In this document: positions 49,934 through 62,833 of the stretch, in pieces
How the letters are laid out: each line of letters starts with the position of its first letter
How positions within the stretch are numbered: the stretch's first letter is position 1
Source of the DNA: Octopus vulgaris
Lineage: Eukaryota
Assembly (NCBI GenBank): GCA_951406725.2
Contig: OX597828.1
Location: 39,618,001 to 39,682,000 of the forward strand
Direction: 5' to 3'
Length of the DNA stretch: 64,000 bases
The notes under the pieces: model-generated
What the model saw: only the letters and a program-made list of their open reading frames with translations
Told to the model about the DNA's origin: nothing
Databases searched by the model: none
Made by a program: the position numbers and the translations under genes

Positions 49934-50676
49934 TGAGGGATATTGATAATGAGCAATAGATGAAGGAATAACGGAAAAAAGTGATGGATAGTAATAGAGA
50001 CAGATTATGGCAAGGGAGAGGATTGAATACAAAGTCAATGTGCTGACATCCCTTGTTTTGCAAGCAGTGTGATGGGAAAGAAATAGAATACTAGAAGTAT
50101 AATAGGTGAGAGAGACTTAAATGTCAAACCGTCCAACCCATGCTAGCATGGAAAACGGACGTTAAACGATGATGATGATGATATAGGCATGATGGTTGTG
50201 TGACTAAGAAGCTTGCTACCCAACTAGGTGATCTCAAGTTCAATCCCACTGTAAAAGTGTCTTCTGCTCTAGCCCCAAGTCAACTAAAGCTTTGTGAGTG
50301 GATTTGATAAATGGAAACTGAAAGAAGCCCATCATATATATATGTGTGTGTGCATGTATATTAGACTGTACCCTTGTCTTGACATCATGTTTGTAAATGA
50401 GCATCATTGTGATACAAGCGAGGCTGTTTTTCCAGTCTTCTGTGGAAAAATTATCTGGTGGTGGTGGTGGTGGAAATATTGCTTTGCTTGGAAACAGGTG
50501 AGGGTTGTGAAAAGAAGGACAACCAACCATAGAAAAATCACCTGCCTCAATTTTTGCCTGTTCCAAAGAAGCATAGAGAAATGGATATTAAAAGATGTTG
50601 ACGATGTTGAGACATACACACACACTTACACATACATCAGAAAAATAAAAGCTATTGAAACGTAGAAGGATCTTAC

Positions 50677-50838
50677 AAGAGATGTAAATTCTAATTTACA
50701 ATTGGTTCCCATATAATCCAGTAAAGTATTAATTCCTTGTATAGCTAGATGTCTCCTCTGTACTTCTTCTGTAAACTCAGGCAGGTTCACAGGACGGCTC
50801 ATTGATAATGAGCCATCCAGAAGGATGATCGTTGGCAT
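50677..50838 (-). CDS. INTS14: Integrator complex subunit 14, coding exon 1 (VWA domain start)
   Basis: ctacAG|CTGCCACCATG (acceptor plus strong Kozak), 54 codons MPTIILLDGSLSMSRPV..CKLEFTSL, donor GTAAGA. Matches human MPTVVVMDVSLSMTRPV..YKLEFTAL as recalled, with a DxSxS MIDAS-like motif. Confidence 0.95.
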
Positions 50839-51632
50839 GGTGGCAGCTGTAGATTACAAACATAAAGTCAAAAGTTAATATAAACAACCAAGATAACTTA
50901 ATCACTATACATTTTAAAAAACACAACAGCAAAAATGCAAATATAGAAATGCTTCCATGCCTAAGATAAATCATACTTATATAAACTGAAATAGTTGATC
51001 TTGATTAAATCTACATCCTTCTGCTTGTGTGGATAGATCTTAGACAACCTTCTCACTGTGTCACTGGATCTCACAATTTACCTCTCATATGCCTAATGCT
51101 AGTGATGGCTCTGAGTACAAATGTCTTGTTTTCATAAGTTTTAAATTAAAATCTTCCACCAAACCTTAGTCACAATTTATGTTCCTAACACTAGCTTAAT
51201 GATAACTAAGTTAGTTTACTAAATTCTTTGTTGTATTTAAAGTAACAGAAAGAAACACAGAGCATCTCAAAATACAGTAACGAAAGGGTTAAACATGCCC
51301 TCATCAATCTTCATAGCTGCTGCTGATGCTTATTACTTATCACAAAGGAATGAAAAGAATGGCAGAATTATTACAGTATCAGACATAATGTCTATATATA
51401 GGTGCAGGCATGGCTGTGTGGTAAGAAGGTTGCTTCCCAACCACATGGTTCCGGGTTCAATCTCACTGTGTGGTACCTTGGACAAGAGCTTTCTACTATA
51501 GCCCTGGGCCAACCAAGTCTACTTTCAGTAGACAGAAACTGAAAGAAGCTCGATGTGTGTATGTATGTATGTGTGTATTAAATTCAACTTATGTTGAAAG
51601 TTTGCGTTAGAAATGCTGAGATGTATTGAAAG

Positions 51633-51797
51633 ATACAGATAAGGAAAAAATTTTATTCTCAAACGCAGGATAATGCTAATAATATAGCATGAACAGGATA
51701 AACTATCCATATTTTTCTGCAAAATATGGATAGTTTATCCTGCAATATTATTAGTATTATCCTGCATTTGAGAATAAAATTATTTCCATATCTGTAT
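51633..51797. repeat. Long imperfect inverted repeat
   Basis: ATACAGATAAGGAAA..CAGGATAAACTATCCATATTTT / AAAATATGGATAGTTTATCCTG..TTTCCATATCTGTAT. Confidence 0.8.
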
Positions 51798-51800
51798 ATA

Positions 51801-52025
51801 TAGTTGTTTTTCTAACAGAGCCGATAAGGTCCAGGTCTCTGATCCATAGAGAAAGACTGGTTCAATCAGTGTTCTAAATATTTTAACTTTTAACGTGGGT
51901 GGAAGGTTTGAGTACCAGATCTTATCAAGTCTGTTACATGCATCCCAAGCAAGAGCTTTGTCGATGCGAAAGTCTTCTTGGGAGTCTGCTATGTAAGATC
52001 CAAGATATCTGGAATCGTCAACGTT
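51801..52025 (-). mobile_element. RTE-group (RTE-X-like) RT C-terminal fragment
   Basis: Translates to DDSRYLGSYIADSQEDFRIDKALAWDACNRLDKIWYSNLPPTLKVKIFRTLIEPVFLYGSETWTL. Confidence 0.8.
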
Positions 52026-52037
52026 TTTGATATTAAT

Positions 52038-52428
52038 CTTTTACTTGTTTCAGTCATTTGACTGCGGCCATGCTGGAGCACCGCCTTTAATCGAGCAACT
52101 CGACCCTGGGACTTATTCTTTTGTAAGCCTAGTACTTATTCTATCGGTCTCTTTTACCGAACCGCTAAGTAATGGGGACATAAACAGACCAGCATCAGTT
52201 GTCAAGCAATGCTAGGGGGACAAACACAGACACAAATACACACACGCATATATATATATATATATACATATATACGACGGGCTTCTTTCAGTTTCCATCT
52301 ACCAAATCCACTCACAAGGCTTTGGTCGGTCCGAGGCTATAGTAGAAGACACTTGCCCAAGGTGCCACGCAGTGGGACTGAACCCAGAACCATGTGGTTG
52401 GTAAACAAGCTACTTACCACACAGCCAC
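52038..52428 (-). mobile_element. SINE family A
   Basis: Closely colinear with 8611-9028. Confidence 0.9.
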
Positions 52429-52650
52429 GATATATATATTATTGAGACAATTAAAACAGGTGGGTTGGAGTAAATGATGCAATAATCGTCAATGTGGTAC
52501 AACTACCATTGACAGAAAATAGAATTAATTTATAGGATTCAAACTGAATGACATGAATTTGTGTTGTAAGATTCCTGATGTGAAGTCGTGTGTTGAAACA
52601 GATATTGTTGTATTTCGGTTATGTCATTTTTTTTACTCCAAATAAACACT

Positions 52651-52880
52651 CGCACTATATATTCGTTCTTCACTCGTTTATTACTGTTCTTATTCTAATT
52701 CATGTCCATTGCCCGGAAATCTTTCGTCACACATCTGAGCGACACTTTCCGCAGAGCAAAAGCACACACCAAGACGGAAAGTGTCGCTGAGGAGGTCACA
52801 GATGTGTGACAAAAGATTTCCGGACATGAATTAGAATAAGAACAGTAATAAACGAGTGAAGAACGAATATATATAGTGCG
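52651..52880 (+). mobile_element. Penelope-like fold-back with hammerhead-like core at 52783-52825
   Basis: ~85-bp inverted arms plus a nested 14-bp IR. CTGAGGA-G-GTCACA-GATG-TGTGAC-AAAA; the left arm preserves the complement of GAAA. Confidence 0.6.
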
Positions 52881-53159
52881 TGTGTGTATTTGGCAAAAAA
52901 AAAAAAAAGACCGTTCCGAGAGACATATAAACATGAGTTATCTCCCTTATATATACTTTATGTATGTTTTCTTCTGTTTTCAATTATTTGAAGTTTGCTT
53001 GAAGGGAGCGAGCTGGTTTCTGATAAAGATACAAAGTTCCATCATTGGAATAGAGATAGTAAAAATGTCATATATTAAACGTGCATGCGCGCGCATGTGT
53101 AAATGAACACTAAGCGCGTTTGGTCTTCAATTCCTTGAAAATAAATGAACTAATATAGT

Positions 53160-53440
53160 GTGGCACTTTGGACAAAGTGTCTTCGATTATAGTCTCGGGC
53201 TGACCAAAGCTTTGTGAGTGGATTTGGTGGAGGAAACTGAAAGGAGCCCGTCGTGGTGTGTGTGTTTGTCCACCACCATCGCTTGACAACCGGTGTTAGC
53301 GTGTTTACGTTTCCCTAACTTGGCGGTTCGTCAAACGAGATTTAACAAAAATAAGTACAGGGGTCGATTCATTCGATTAAAATTCTTCGATGAAGTGCTT
53401 TAGCATGTCCTAAGTCTAATGGCTGAAACATGTAAAAGAC
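53160..53440 (+). mobile_element. SINE family A, 5'-truncated
   Basis: Core and tail colinear with the family. Confidence 0.8.
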
Positions 53441-53687
53441 AAAGGAATACATATATTTCGTGTTTGCATCTGGTTTGCAAGATTCTTCATGTGAATTCGT
53501 GTGTTGAAACAAACTTTGTTTTGTCTAGAGAGAGTTATTATACCAATATTTTCCACTCCTTTTGATTGTCAATTGGTTAAAAATCCTGACTAACTAATCG
53601 ATTGTTTGTTTAATTTGGTTAAACAGTAAGTCAGTTGTTTTGTTTTTGTTTGTCAATATTGGTATAACGACTCTCCCTAGACACAAC

Positions 53688-54042
53688 AATATATATATAT
53701 ATATATAATATATATATACATATATATATACATACATATATACACATACATATATACACACACACATATATATACACACACACACATATATATATATACA
53801 CATATATATATACACACACACATATACACACACACACATATATATACACACACACACATATATATACACACACACATATATATACACACACACACACACA
53901 TATATATATACACACACACACATATATATACACACACACACATATATATACACACACACACACATATATATACACACACACACACATATATACACACACA
54001 CACATATATATACACACATATATATACACACACACATATATA
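53688..54042. repeat. Compound (TA)n(CA)n microsatellite
   Basis: Alternating TA and CA blocks of ~20-bp period. Confidence 0.95.
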
Positions 54043-54310
54043 GCAAATATTAGATCAAAACGAGATCTTATTTTCCTCATTGAAAAAAATCGCTATAATT
54101 AATAAAACTGTCGCGTATTTTGTTTGAGATATTGAATAAAAGGTGATTTATTTTTTTAATATACGAGTAATAAATACTTTCTGTTTCATATTCTTGTTAT
54201 ATACAAGAAATGCATTGTTAATTGATAATCGATTTAAAAAAGAAATTATCCCTCGTACATCTATAAACAGATCGTTCGCACTGAGCCATCAACTGATAAT
54301 CCATTAATAT

Positions 54311-54484
54311 TGGCTTCAGATTTTGGCACTGGGCCAGTGTTCAGCTGGTACTTGATTTATCGACCCTGAAAGAATGAAAGACAAAAACGACCTTGGCAGA
54401 ATTTGAACTCGGAACGTAAAGACGTATGAAATGCCGCTAAACATTTTACCCGTTATGCTAACGACTCTACCAGCTCGCCGCCTT
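54311..54484 (-). mobile_element. SINE family B
   Basis: Reverse complement AAGGCGGCGAGCTGGTAGAGTCGTTAGCA..GAGTTCAAATTCTGCC. Confidence 0.8.
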
Positions 54485-54797
54485 CCTATTAAATATAAAT
54501 ATTAAATCTATGTGAAGTCTATTAAATCTACAATCACCAACAACTTTGCACAAGTGTTAAAAGAACACACGCATATATACACATACATACATATATATAT
54601 ATATATATACACACACAAACACGTTTGATGTATAGATTGGAGCAGTACTCAATACACGCGGTAGAGTTTAATCATCTTTTTTCTATCGCATTAATGATTA
54701 CATTCAACCAGAATAAGCCGAAGTGACTTATATATATGTATATAAAGTTATAAAAATATAATAAATGTTTGACGTTTAATGAAGCAGTATTACTTAC

Positions 54798-54965
54798 AAT
54801 AAAATCTGGTGATATGGTATCTAGAATAATTTAAAAAGAGGGGGAAAATTTACAAATTCATTGCTTCTCCATAAAATCCATGCCTCTTTGAATCTACGAT
54901 CTTCCGCCAGTATTCTTTAAAACGAGACTATTTTGTCAACATTATTTTGTTCCGGCAACCTAAAT
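54798..54965 (-). promoter_or_regulatory. Candidate INTS14 5' non-coding exon and promoter
   Basis: The coding exon begins at an acceptor 8 nt before the ATG, so an upstream exon is expected. A minus-strand GTAAGT donor lies at 54797-54792 in a repeat-free block with ETS-like GGCGGAAG and CCGGAA motifs. Confidence 0.4.
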
Positions 54966-55479
54966 AAATCTCAACCATAAAATGTAAAATATATTACGAA
55001 AGAATAATTCCTGTTATTAAAGATGTAAAAATTAACTAAAATAGATTCTCGGATTATTTGAAATATTTGCATATATCGTCAGACTTAATAACTTAAATTA
55101 TTTTTAAAGGACTAATATTTTCGTGCAGCATAAAAATAATATTCACCGTCTTTCGTATTATTCGAGGTATTTTCGTATTGCGCTTTGTGCGGTTTTCTTC
55201 GTGTGTTGTTGTTTTCTGGAAGGATTGAATAGCACTGCATACAATTTTCCTTTTTGTACAATTATCAGACTTCTACAGTTGCCAGAAATAATTTTTACGG
55301 TTTCGTTTCTTAGTTGTCATCTCACCTTTAACCGTGAATGTTATTAACATCCGTTCTAACATTTTATTTTATTTTAGAAAAAAAAAAAAAAAAGAGACCC
55401 CACAAAGAACGGTCTTCAGTTATTTGTTGCGATAATCAAAGTTTCAGAATCTGTAACACACACCAACTCTCTCACCTAC

Positions 55480-55852
<373 letters not shown>

Positions 55853-56055
55853 CTACAAAATTAGAGAATGGAGAAACATACTTAAATCAGTAAAACATCA
55901 ACTATCCGATGATACTCAATCCATACTTTAATACACCATTACATATGAGTAAAGGCAATATATAAAATGAAATGAGATATACAGTAATAGTAAAAGTAAA
56001 AAGATAAAGAGATATAAGTAAAAAATTTCAAATATAATATGCAAATAAATCAAAA

Positions 56056-56163
56056 CTGACAGCTGTTTCGGCAGTGAGGACAGTCATACCTCATTTAACC
56101 TATAAGCCATAAAGGCAGGTATAAATGAGGCATTAACAAGGATGCCCCACGGCCTCTTCAGAG
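56056..56163 (-). ncRNA. Type I hammerhead with long stem II insertion
   Basis: Minus strand CT-CTGAAGA-GGC..(~80 nt)..GCC-GAAA-CAGCTG-TC-AG, with palindromic stem III and a GUC site, inside a ~1-kb AT-rich insert between (TA)n tracts. Confidence 0.7.
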
Positions 56164-56503
56164 AATTAAATTAAATTTGTTATAATAGTGAAAAATATTA
56201 TATAATCATATACATATAAATATAAAAATATAAAAATGTAAAATATAAAAACTTATACATCATAATGCTACACTTATATAATATAATACACATTTGTACA
56301 AAAAGGAAGGTAAACAGAACAAAATAAAACAAAATATATAACAGTGTATATATTAATATTAATAAGTACCGATATTATACATATTTGGCTAATAGTTTTT
56401 TTTATAAAAAAAAGGGCTAACACATATGGAGATGAAAAATAATAATTAAATCCGTGGTACAGTTCATAAAATTCTAAAGCTATAAAAGTTAATAAAAATT
56501 ACT

Positions 56504-56558
<55 letters not shown>

Positions 56559-57041
56559 TAATAAAAATAGATACAGTTAAGTTAGCACCAAGTCCATCCT
56601 TTCAAGATCGAAATAACTATGAGTTAAGAAATGCTGACCACTAGGTAAAGAAAATTTAGATTAATTCGATTGGCTATTGGTTTGAAATTTAAATCACAAA
56701 AGAAAATTATACGGTTGGTTAGTCAGGGAACGCCAATATTCACACACGCATCTACAGATCAATCGCACATACACACATAGTTATATGTATATACATACAC
56801 TTATACACATACATAATCACAAGCAACAACTAGCACTTAGATAAACAAAAAGGGAAGCAACTATGCTAACATTTAGTCCTTCAAAATATATATATAGATA
56901 TATATATATAGATATATATATATATATATATAGATATATATATATAATAATGAAGGGTGAAATTAGTTAATTTGGAATAATTATCAATTACACCAAGTAG
57001 TCTTCGGCATGTAAAAGCCTCATTCGAGGAAAATTTAAGTA

Positions 57042-57317
57042 ATACTAAGCAATAAAGGGTTTAGCAACGAATTGCCTTACCACATACCGAATTTAGAAAT
57101 AGCAGTCAAAGAGTTATAGCTATTTCTTCTACTAAAAAGGGAGATCTCAGTAAAAAACACAGCAATTCTCTCTTACCTGTTTGTGTCTGCCTTCCAATTG
57201 CTGTGTTTTTTACTGAGATCTCCTTTTTAGTAGAAGAAATAGCTATAACTCTTTGACTGCTATTTCTAAATTCGGTATGTGGTAAGGCAATTCGTTGCTA
57301 AACCCTTTATTGCTTAG

Positions 57318-57320
<3 letters not shown>
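57042..57320. repeat. Near-perfect 125-bp inverted repeat between (TA)n tracts
   Basis: Arms 57042-57167 and 57196-57320 differ by one indel, with a 28-nt loop. Confidence 0.92.
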
Positions 57321-57396
<76 letters not shown>

Positions 57397-57969
57397 CAGA
57401 AACTAGTTAGGGTTTGGCGATTTACAGTTAAAGTGTATAAATATATTTTGCTTATATTTGGGATTTAAAAAAATGTCTAACATTCTGAAAATTTAAAATT
57501 TTCGCTTATTAGAGATGAAAATGTAATTTCAAATGCAAAGGAAATATATTAATACTCTTCAAATGCAAACGAAAGTTGTTTGTATTGTGTATACATACAT
57601 ATATACACACACACACATACATACATATCCTTAAATCCTCTTAATCTAATCAGTTTCTGATTTGAAAAAAAATTGAAATTAAAACTTTCTTTTTTTAAAT
57701 CCAAATAATGCAGATTCTGAGATGTTTTGTTGATGTTCAAATAACAAACAAATAAAATAAAAATCGGAAGACTTTGTTTATAAAAATATTAGAGGGAAGT
57801 TTAATGGTCAAACTAAAGGTGAAATGAGGGTTTCAACTTAGACCTATTACACTATTTTTTCTTTTTCCTTTTGCTTTTTTTTTTTGGCTCAGGTCAAACC
57901 CTTTAGTTTGACCAGTTTAATCTACGATTAAACTAATTGGTGCGAAAATTGGAATTAATGAACAGGGAG

Positions 57970-58810
57970 TTAGATGAAGCTCTCCAAAACTGTAGGGAAT
58001 TGGGCTTGTCTGCTCCTGAGAAGGTGGAGGACTGTCAGAGAGCTTGAGACAACGTTATTTCGAAGGCCACCTTCAACTCCCTCTTCATTCAGCGGGACCA
58101 GTTTTCAAGGTGCCGCTTACTGTCTGCTAGCACCAAATACTCAGGTGACTGGATTGATGCCATCTTTGTGGCTAATGTTGGTGGCCTACTCAGGTTGGAC
58201 GAACTTCGAGTCTCCATTGCCCTCAGAGTGGGAGCTGACGTATGCACGTATTTGATCTGTCGGTGTGACAGGCTCCTCGACTCCACGGGCCTCCATAGCC
58301 TTGCCTCCTGAATGCTGGTCGCTTCGTGTATCATGCGGAGTTGAACATGATATTCAAGAGGAGCTTAGCCCGGGCAAACATCCCCTCCATCTTAGAACCA
58401 TCTGGATTGTCCAGATGTGATCGGAAGAGACCTGACAGCTTCACCCTGTACCCCAGGTCGCAAGGCAGATGCCTCGTCTGGGATATCACAGTTAGCAACT
58501 CTTTTGCTTCTTCTCACATCCTGGATGCGGCGTTCAGGGCGAGATCGTCAGCTTCTGTGGCCAAGCGGAAAAAAATCCTGAAACACCGCGATCTGTCGGC
58601 CAACCACATTTTCCATCCTGTGGCGTTCGAGACATTTGGTGAGGTTGGACCACTAACTGCGAGATTCCTGTCTTCACTGGCAACTAAGCCTTACAAAGGT
58701 GACTGGTGAGGCTCGAGAGGGCACTTGGCTGTTTCAGCGCATAGGCCTCGCCATCACCCACGGCAACGCTGCAAGTGTGCTGGCGTGTCTCAATAGCCAT
58801 TAGAGAGGTT
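57970..58810 (+). mobile_element. CRE-like non-LTR retrotransposon, C-terminal RLE domain, decayed
   Basis: SGDWIDA..LRVSIALRVG..CRC..GLH, HAELN, LEPSGL, KRPD, LVWDITV, KILKH, PVAFETFG, WLFQRIGLAITHGNAASVL. Confidence 0.75.
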
Positions 58811-59367
58811 TCCCAGCGCCCCCAACTTTTCAACCCAAAGTGATGAATTGTTTTTTTTTTTTTTCTTTTTCATTTTTCCAATTGTGTCCTCTATTTTGTC
58901 CAGTTTTCTAGTTTGATTTTGTAAAACGGTAAACACCGTGAAGGCAATAAAGTTTAATTTATCGATTCCCCACTATAAAAAAATTATTTTCTTTTTGATT
59001 TCCTAGTGAATGTAACCAATTTTTCAATTTTATGGGGTTTTTTAAAACATAAACGTAACCGTGCCACTTATACAATGCACTATTTTAGATTATATTTCTA
59101 ACGAGTGTTTCAACTTATTTTCAATAAAATGAAGATACAAAAAGAATCGGGGGAGGGGGAGCGGACTTGCTGTTGCTGATTCCAATGCAGAGGAACGGGA
59201 CCGTGTCTGTGACCTTCGAAACCAGTGAGATCGACGTGGTTTTCTTTTCGCCTGAACAGTTTACAAGTCAACAGTTCCAGGTAAGAAAATGTATAGTTAG
59301 GGACTTACAGAGAGTTCTAGGAGAGGAGGAATTCATCGTAGCCGTTAGTACGTACCTGGGGAATGAA

Positions 59368-59529
59368 CAGGGCCGGCCCTAGAGTTGCTGGCACCCTGGA
59401 CAAGCTGAACTTCAGCGTGTACAAGCTGAAGGTGTAAATTTCCTTGTATTTGTCACGCCTCCTTGACGCGCCCCAACACATAGCGCCCTGGGCGACTGCC
59501 TAAATTATCGGTACCTTGAGCCGGCCCTG
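59368..59529. mobile_element. hAT-like MITE
   Basis: TIRs CAGGGCCGGC / GCCGGCCCTG. Flanks GGGAATGAA / GGGGATGAA (8 of 9 match). Confidence 0.7.
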
Positions 59530-60334
59530 GGGGATGAAGAAAGGAGATTATGGGAGACGAAAAAAATAAAGATGAATGGAGAGTGCAAAGGTGAAGATGG
59601 CACAAGCAGCCAAGTCTGAAAAGCAGAGGTCACTTGTAGTACTAGAAGAAGCTGGTATATTAAAGAGTTAAAGAATGGCACTTTTTCCCAAACCCTCATA
59701 AAAGTGTAAGTATTTGCCTTGTTAAAAGCACGTGTTTCCCTGCCCTAACCCACCAAAATGTCACTTTTTGCAAGGAAGTGTTTTCCTACGAAAGGAAACC
59801 ACCGAAGAACTATAGTAAACTAGCTAAATATTCCTAGCATCCATTGGAGTTAAAACCACCAAATATTTTAATTACATTCCTAACCAATGTGAAAAAAAAA
59901 AAAACATAACTGTTAACTACCCAAGTGTATCGAATCTTAATAGAATTAGAACAATTAATAGTTGGAAATCTTGAATTGGTTTGAGACGACTTCTGGCTGC
60001 ACCAGATTTTAAAAGAAATCTTTTAATCAGGAGACAAGGCTGGGCAAATTACCCTCTACAGGGCCTCCTAGACTTTTAGGAGGGAGGAAAGAAGGTATCT
60101 TCAAATTGAAGATGTGTCCTGAATGCTTGCAAAAGAACAGACTCCGTTAAAGGCACATAAGGTGTCATATGATGATGTTGATCCATTTACGCCGGCAACT
60201 ATAAAATTACATTGAGGTGCTATGAAATGGGACAAAAAAGGGGGAAATAAACGCAATATTCGTTGGTCCTCATCGCACACAAATTCTGATTTAGACAGTT
60301 TCACGTGGGCCACGAATCTATCCCAGTATTTATC

Positions 60335-60478
60335 TTTTGTTACGCCTGATGCTTATTCTTTCTCTTTCTTTTTGCGGAACGGCTAAGTTGCAGATACGTA
60401 AACACACCAACACCATTTGTCAAGCGGTGGTGGGGGCACAAAAAGTAAGGCTTACACACACACACACACACACACGCA

Positions 60479-60510
<32 letters not shown>

Positions 60511-60643
60511 CACATATCCACTCACAGGGCTTTGGTCGGTCCGAGGCTATAGCAGACGACACCTGCCTAAGGAGCCACGCAGTAGGACTGAACTCGGAAC
60601 CATGTGGTTGGGAGCAAGCTTTTAGCCACATATCAACGCCTGT
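60335..60643 (-). mobile_element. SINE family A, partial
   Basis: Head and core colinear, with an internal (CA)/(CACG) tract. Confidence 0.8.
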
Positions 60644-60719
60644 GCTATCAATTAATTTAAAGACATTGGATCTGTTTACCATGTGTAATTTTAAAAAAAA
60701 GATTCATTGAATTTTCACA

Positions 60720-60764
<45 letters not shown>

Positions 60765-60877
60765 TGTAGTTTCACTTTTCTGCAAAGGAAAACACTTTCA
60801 CTTTTTGACCTGGAAAAATCATTTCCGATAAGGTAAATAAATACTTTCTCTTTCATGAGGAAACGAAGAAGCGCCTA

Positions 60878-61340
60878 AGTTCCACAAAAGTCCAATCCTT
60901 GCAACTTTCCAGGAAACACTCGGAACTTTCCCCGAAGTCCCTCAACTCGGAGCTTCCAGAAAGTCCAATCCTTGCAGCTTTCCAGAAAACCATCGGAACT
61001 TTCCACGAAGTCCCCATCCTCAGAACTTTCCAAGAATGCCCTATCTTCGGACATTTCCAGGAAATTCCAGGAAGATCCATCCTCGGAACTTTCCAGAAAA
61101 ATTCTGAGTATGGGACTTCCTGGAAAATTCCGTGGATGGGCCTTCCTGGAAAATTCAGAGGATTGGATTTCTTGGAAAATTCCGAAGATTTCGAGGTTGT
61201 TCCGATGATGGGACTTCCTGGAAAATCCCGAGGATTTCCTAGAAAGTTCCGAGAATGGGACTTCTTGGGAATCCTCGGAATTTCCCAGGAAGTCCCATCC
61301 TCGGAACTCTCCAGGAAGTCCCAGAATCATCGGAATTTTC
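60878..61340. repeat. Mixed-orientation minisatellite (~25-bp units)
   Basis: TCGGAACTTTCCAG(G)AAGTCCCATCC units and inverted GATGGGACTTCCTGGAAAATTCCG units. Confidence 0.85.
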
Positions 61341-62833
61341 CGCGGCACTTTCCACGGTCGGAGAAAAACGTGAAGAAGCCTACCGTGCAACGACAGCGGC
61401 CGTTCTCAGGCCGGTGTTTTAGATGTCAGGGATCGCACATGGCGAGGGAGTGTACTCAACCGGGGCCCATTGCACATTGCTCGTGATTACGACCGTGGGG
61501 AAGTTGCTGCCTCTCGAACTTTCCCCGTAAACTAGTAGAAGCGCTTTTGGAGATGCTGCCCTTAATTGATGTCGAGGCCGAGGGGAAGACGTTCAAGGCC
61601 TTCGTGGATACGGGTTGCACGACCACCCTTGTGACTTCAAGGGTGACAAAGAAATGGAATGGGGCAAGTAGCGTCCGGGCGGTCGACGGCAGCGAAATCC
61701 GTTGCAAAGGCAGCAGCAAGGTAGAGATAGTGGTGCGAGGCGCGACGCTAAGGCTGCAGGTAATTGTGGCTGAACGCGTGATACACGGAGTTGATGTAGT
61801 GATGGGGATGGACGCCATCAACCGCCTCGGTGGCGTCAGTATTATGGGAGATGAGGTCACGTTCGGAAGCGTGGGGGCGTCGTGCGCTGTGAGTCTGGAT
61901 CGCCAGAGAGAGCAGAGCCCCATGAGAGACTGCGCTGCTTACACCATCGAAGACAAAGATTTTCAGACGGCGTTTGATGGTCAGCGGTGGACGATAGAGT
62001 GGCGATGGAAGGACGAGCTCCCGATGCTGAAAAACAGAGTGAGCTGCTACCAGCATACTCTGAAAGGTCACGCCAGGGTGAGTTTGAAGACGAGGTGGAG
62101 AGGTGGATCGAGGAAGTGGTCCTTGTCCTTTAGGAGGAGGAGGAGGTAGTGGGCGGAGTGCTACCCCTAATGGCGGTGGTGCAGCCGACGATGGGGAAAG
62201 TCAGACCGGTGCTGGACTTCAGGGAGCTAAACGAGCATATATCGTGCCACACGGGAGGTGAGGCGTCGGACGTTTGTGGCGAGACGTTACGTGCGTGGAG
62301 ACAGTCGACCAAGGCAGCGACGATTGTCGACTTGAAATCGGCATACTTGCAGCTCCATGTGAGCAACAAATTGTGGTGATATCAGCTGGTGCGGTACAAG
62401 GGCCGGACGTACTGTTTAACCAGGCTGGGTTTCGGACTGAATTCTGCTCCGAAGAACATGGCACAGTACTTAAGTCCGTCCCAGGGAAAGAGGACAAGAT
62501 TAGAAAGGCTACCAGTTCCTACATAGACGACATTTTGGTGGACGAAACAGTAGTGCCAGCCACGAGGTAGTGTGACATCTGGAGAAGTTCGGACTGATTG
62601 CGAAGCCACCGGAGTCGATGGAAGGGGGAGTTGTTCTCGGTGTGTGGGAAGTTGGTCGGTCACTACCCGATCGCTGGATGGCTGCGCACGGCGTGCAGTT
62701 ACATCAAGAGACGAGCGGAGGGGGAGAGTTGGGGCGACAAGGTGGGAGAAGGGACGGTGGCGATGATGCAGGAAATCCTAGAGAGGACGAGAGCGGAAGA
62801 CCCGGTCAGGGGGAACTGGTATGTGCCCAAGAC
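61340..62833 (+). mobile_element. LTR retrotransposon internal remnant (Ty3/Gypsy-like): gag knuckle, protease, RT, RNase H part
   Basis: CFRCQGSHMAREC; AFVDTGCTTTLV; RPVLDFRELN, IVDLKSAYLQL, LGFGLNSAP, YIDD; LVGHYPIAGWLR. Frameshifts and deletions, no integrase or LTR seen. Confidence 0.85.

Noticed and set aside
59140-59367. Possible LINE ORF1 fragment
   Set aside because: Short, with no diagnostic motif.
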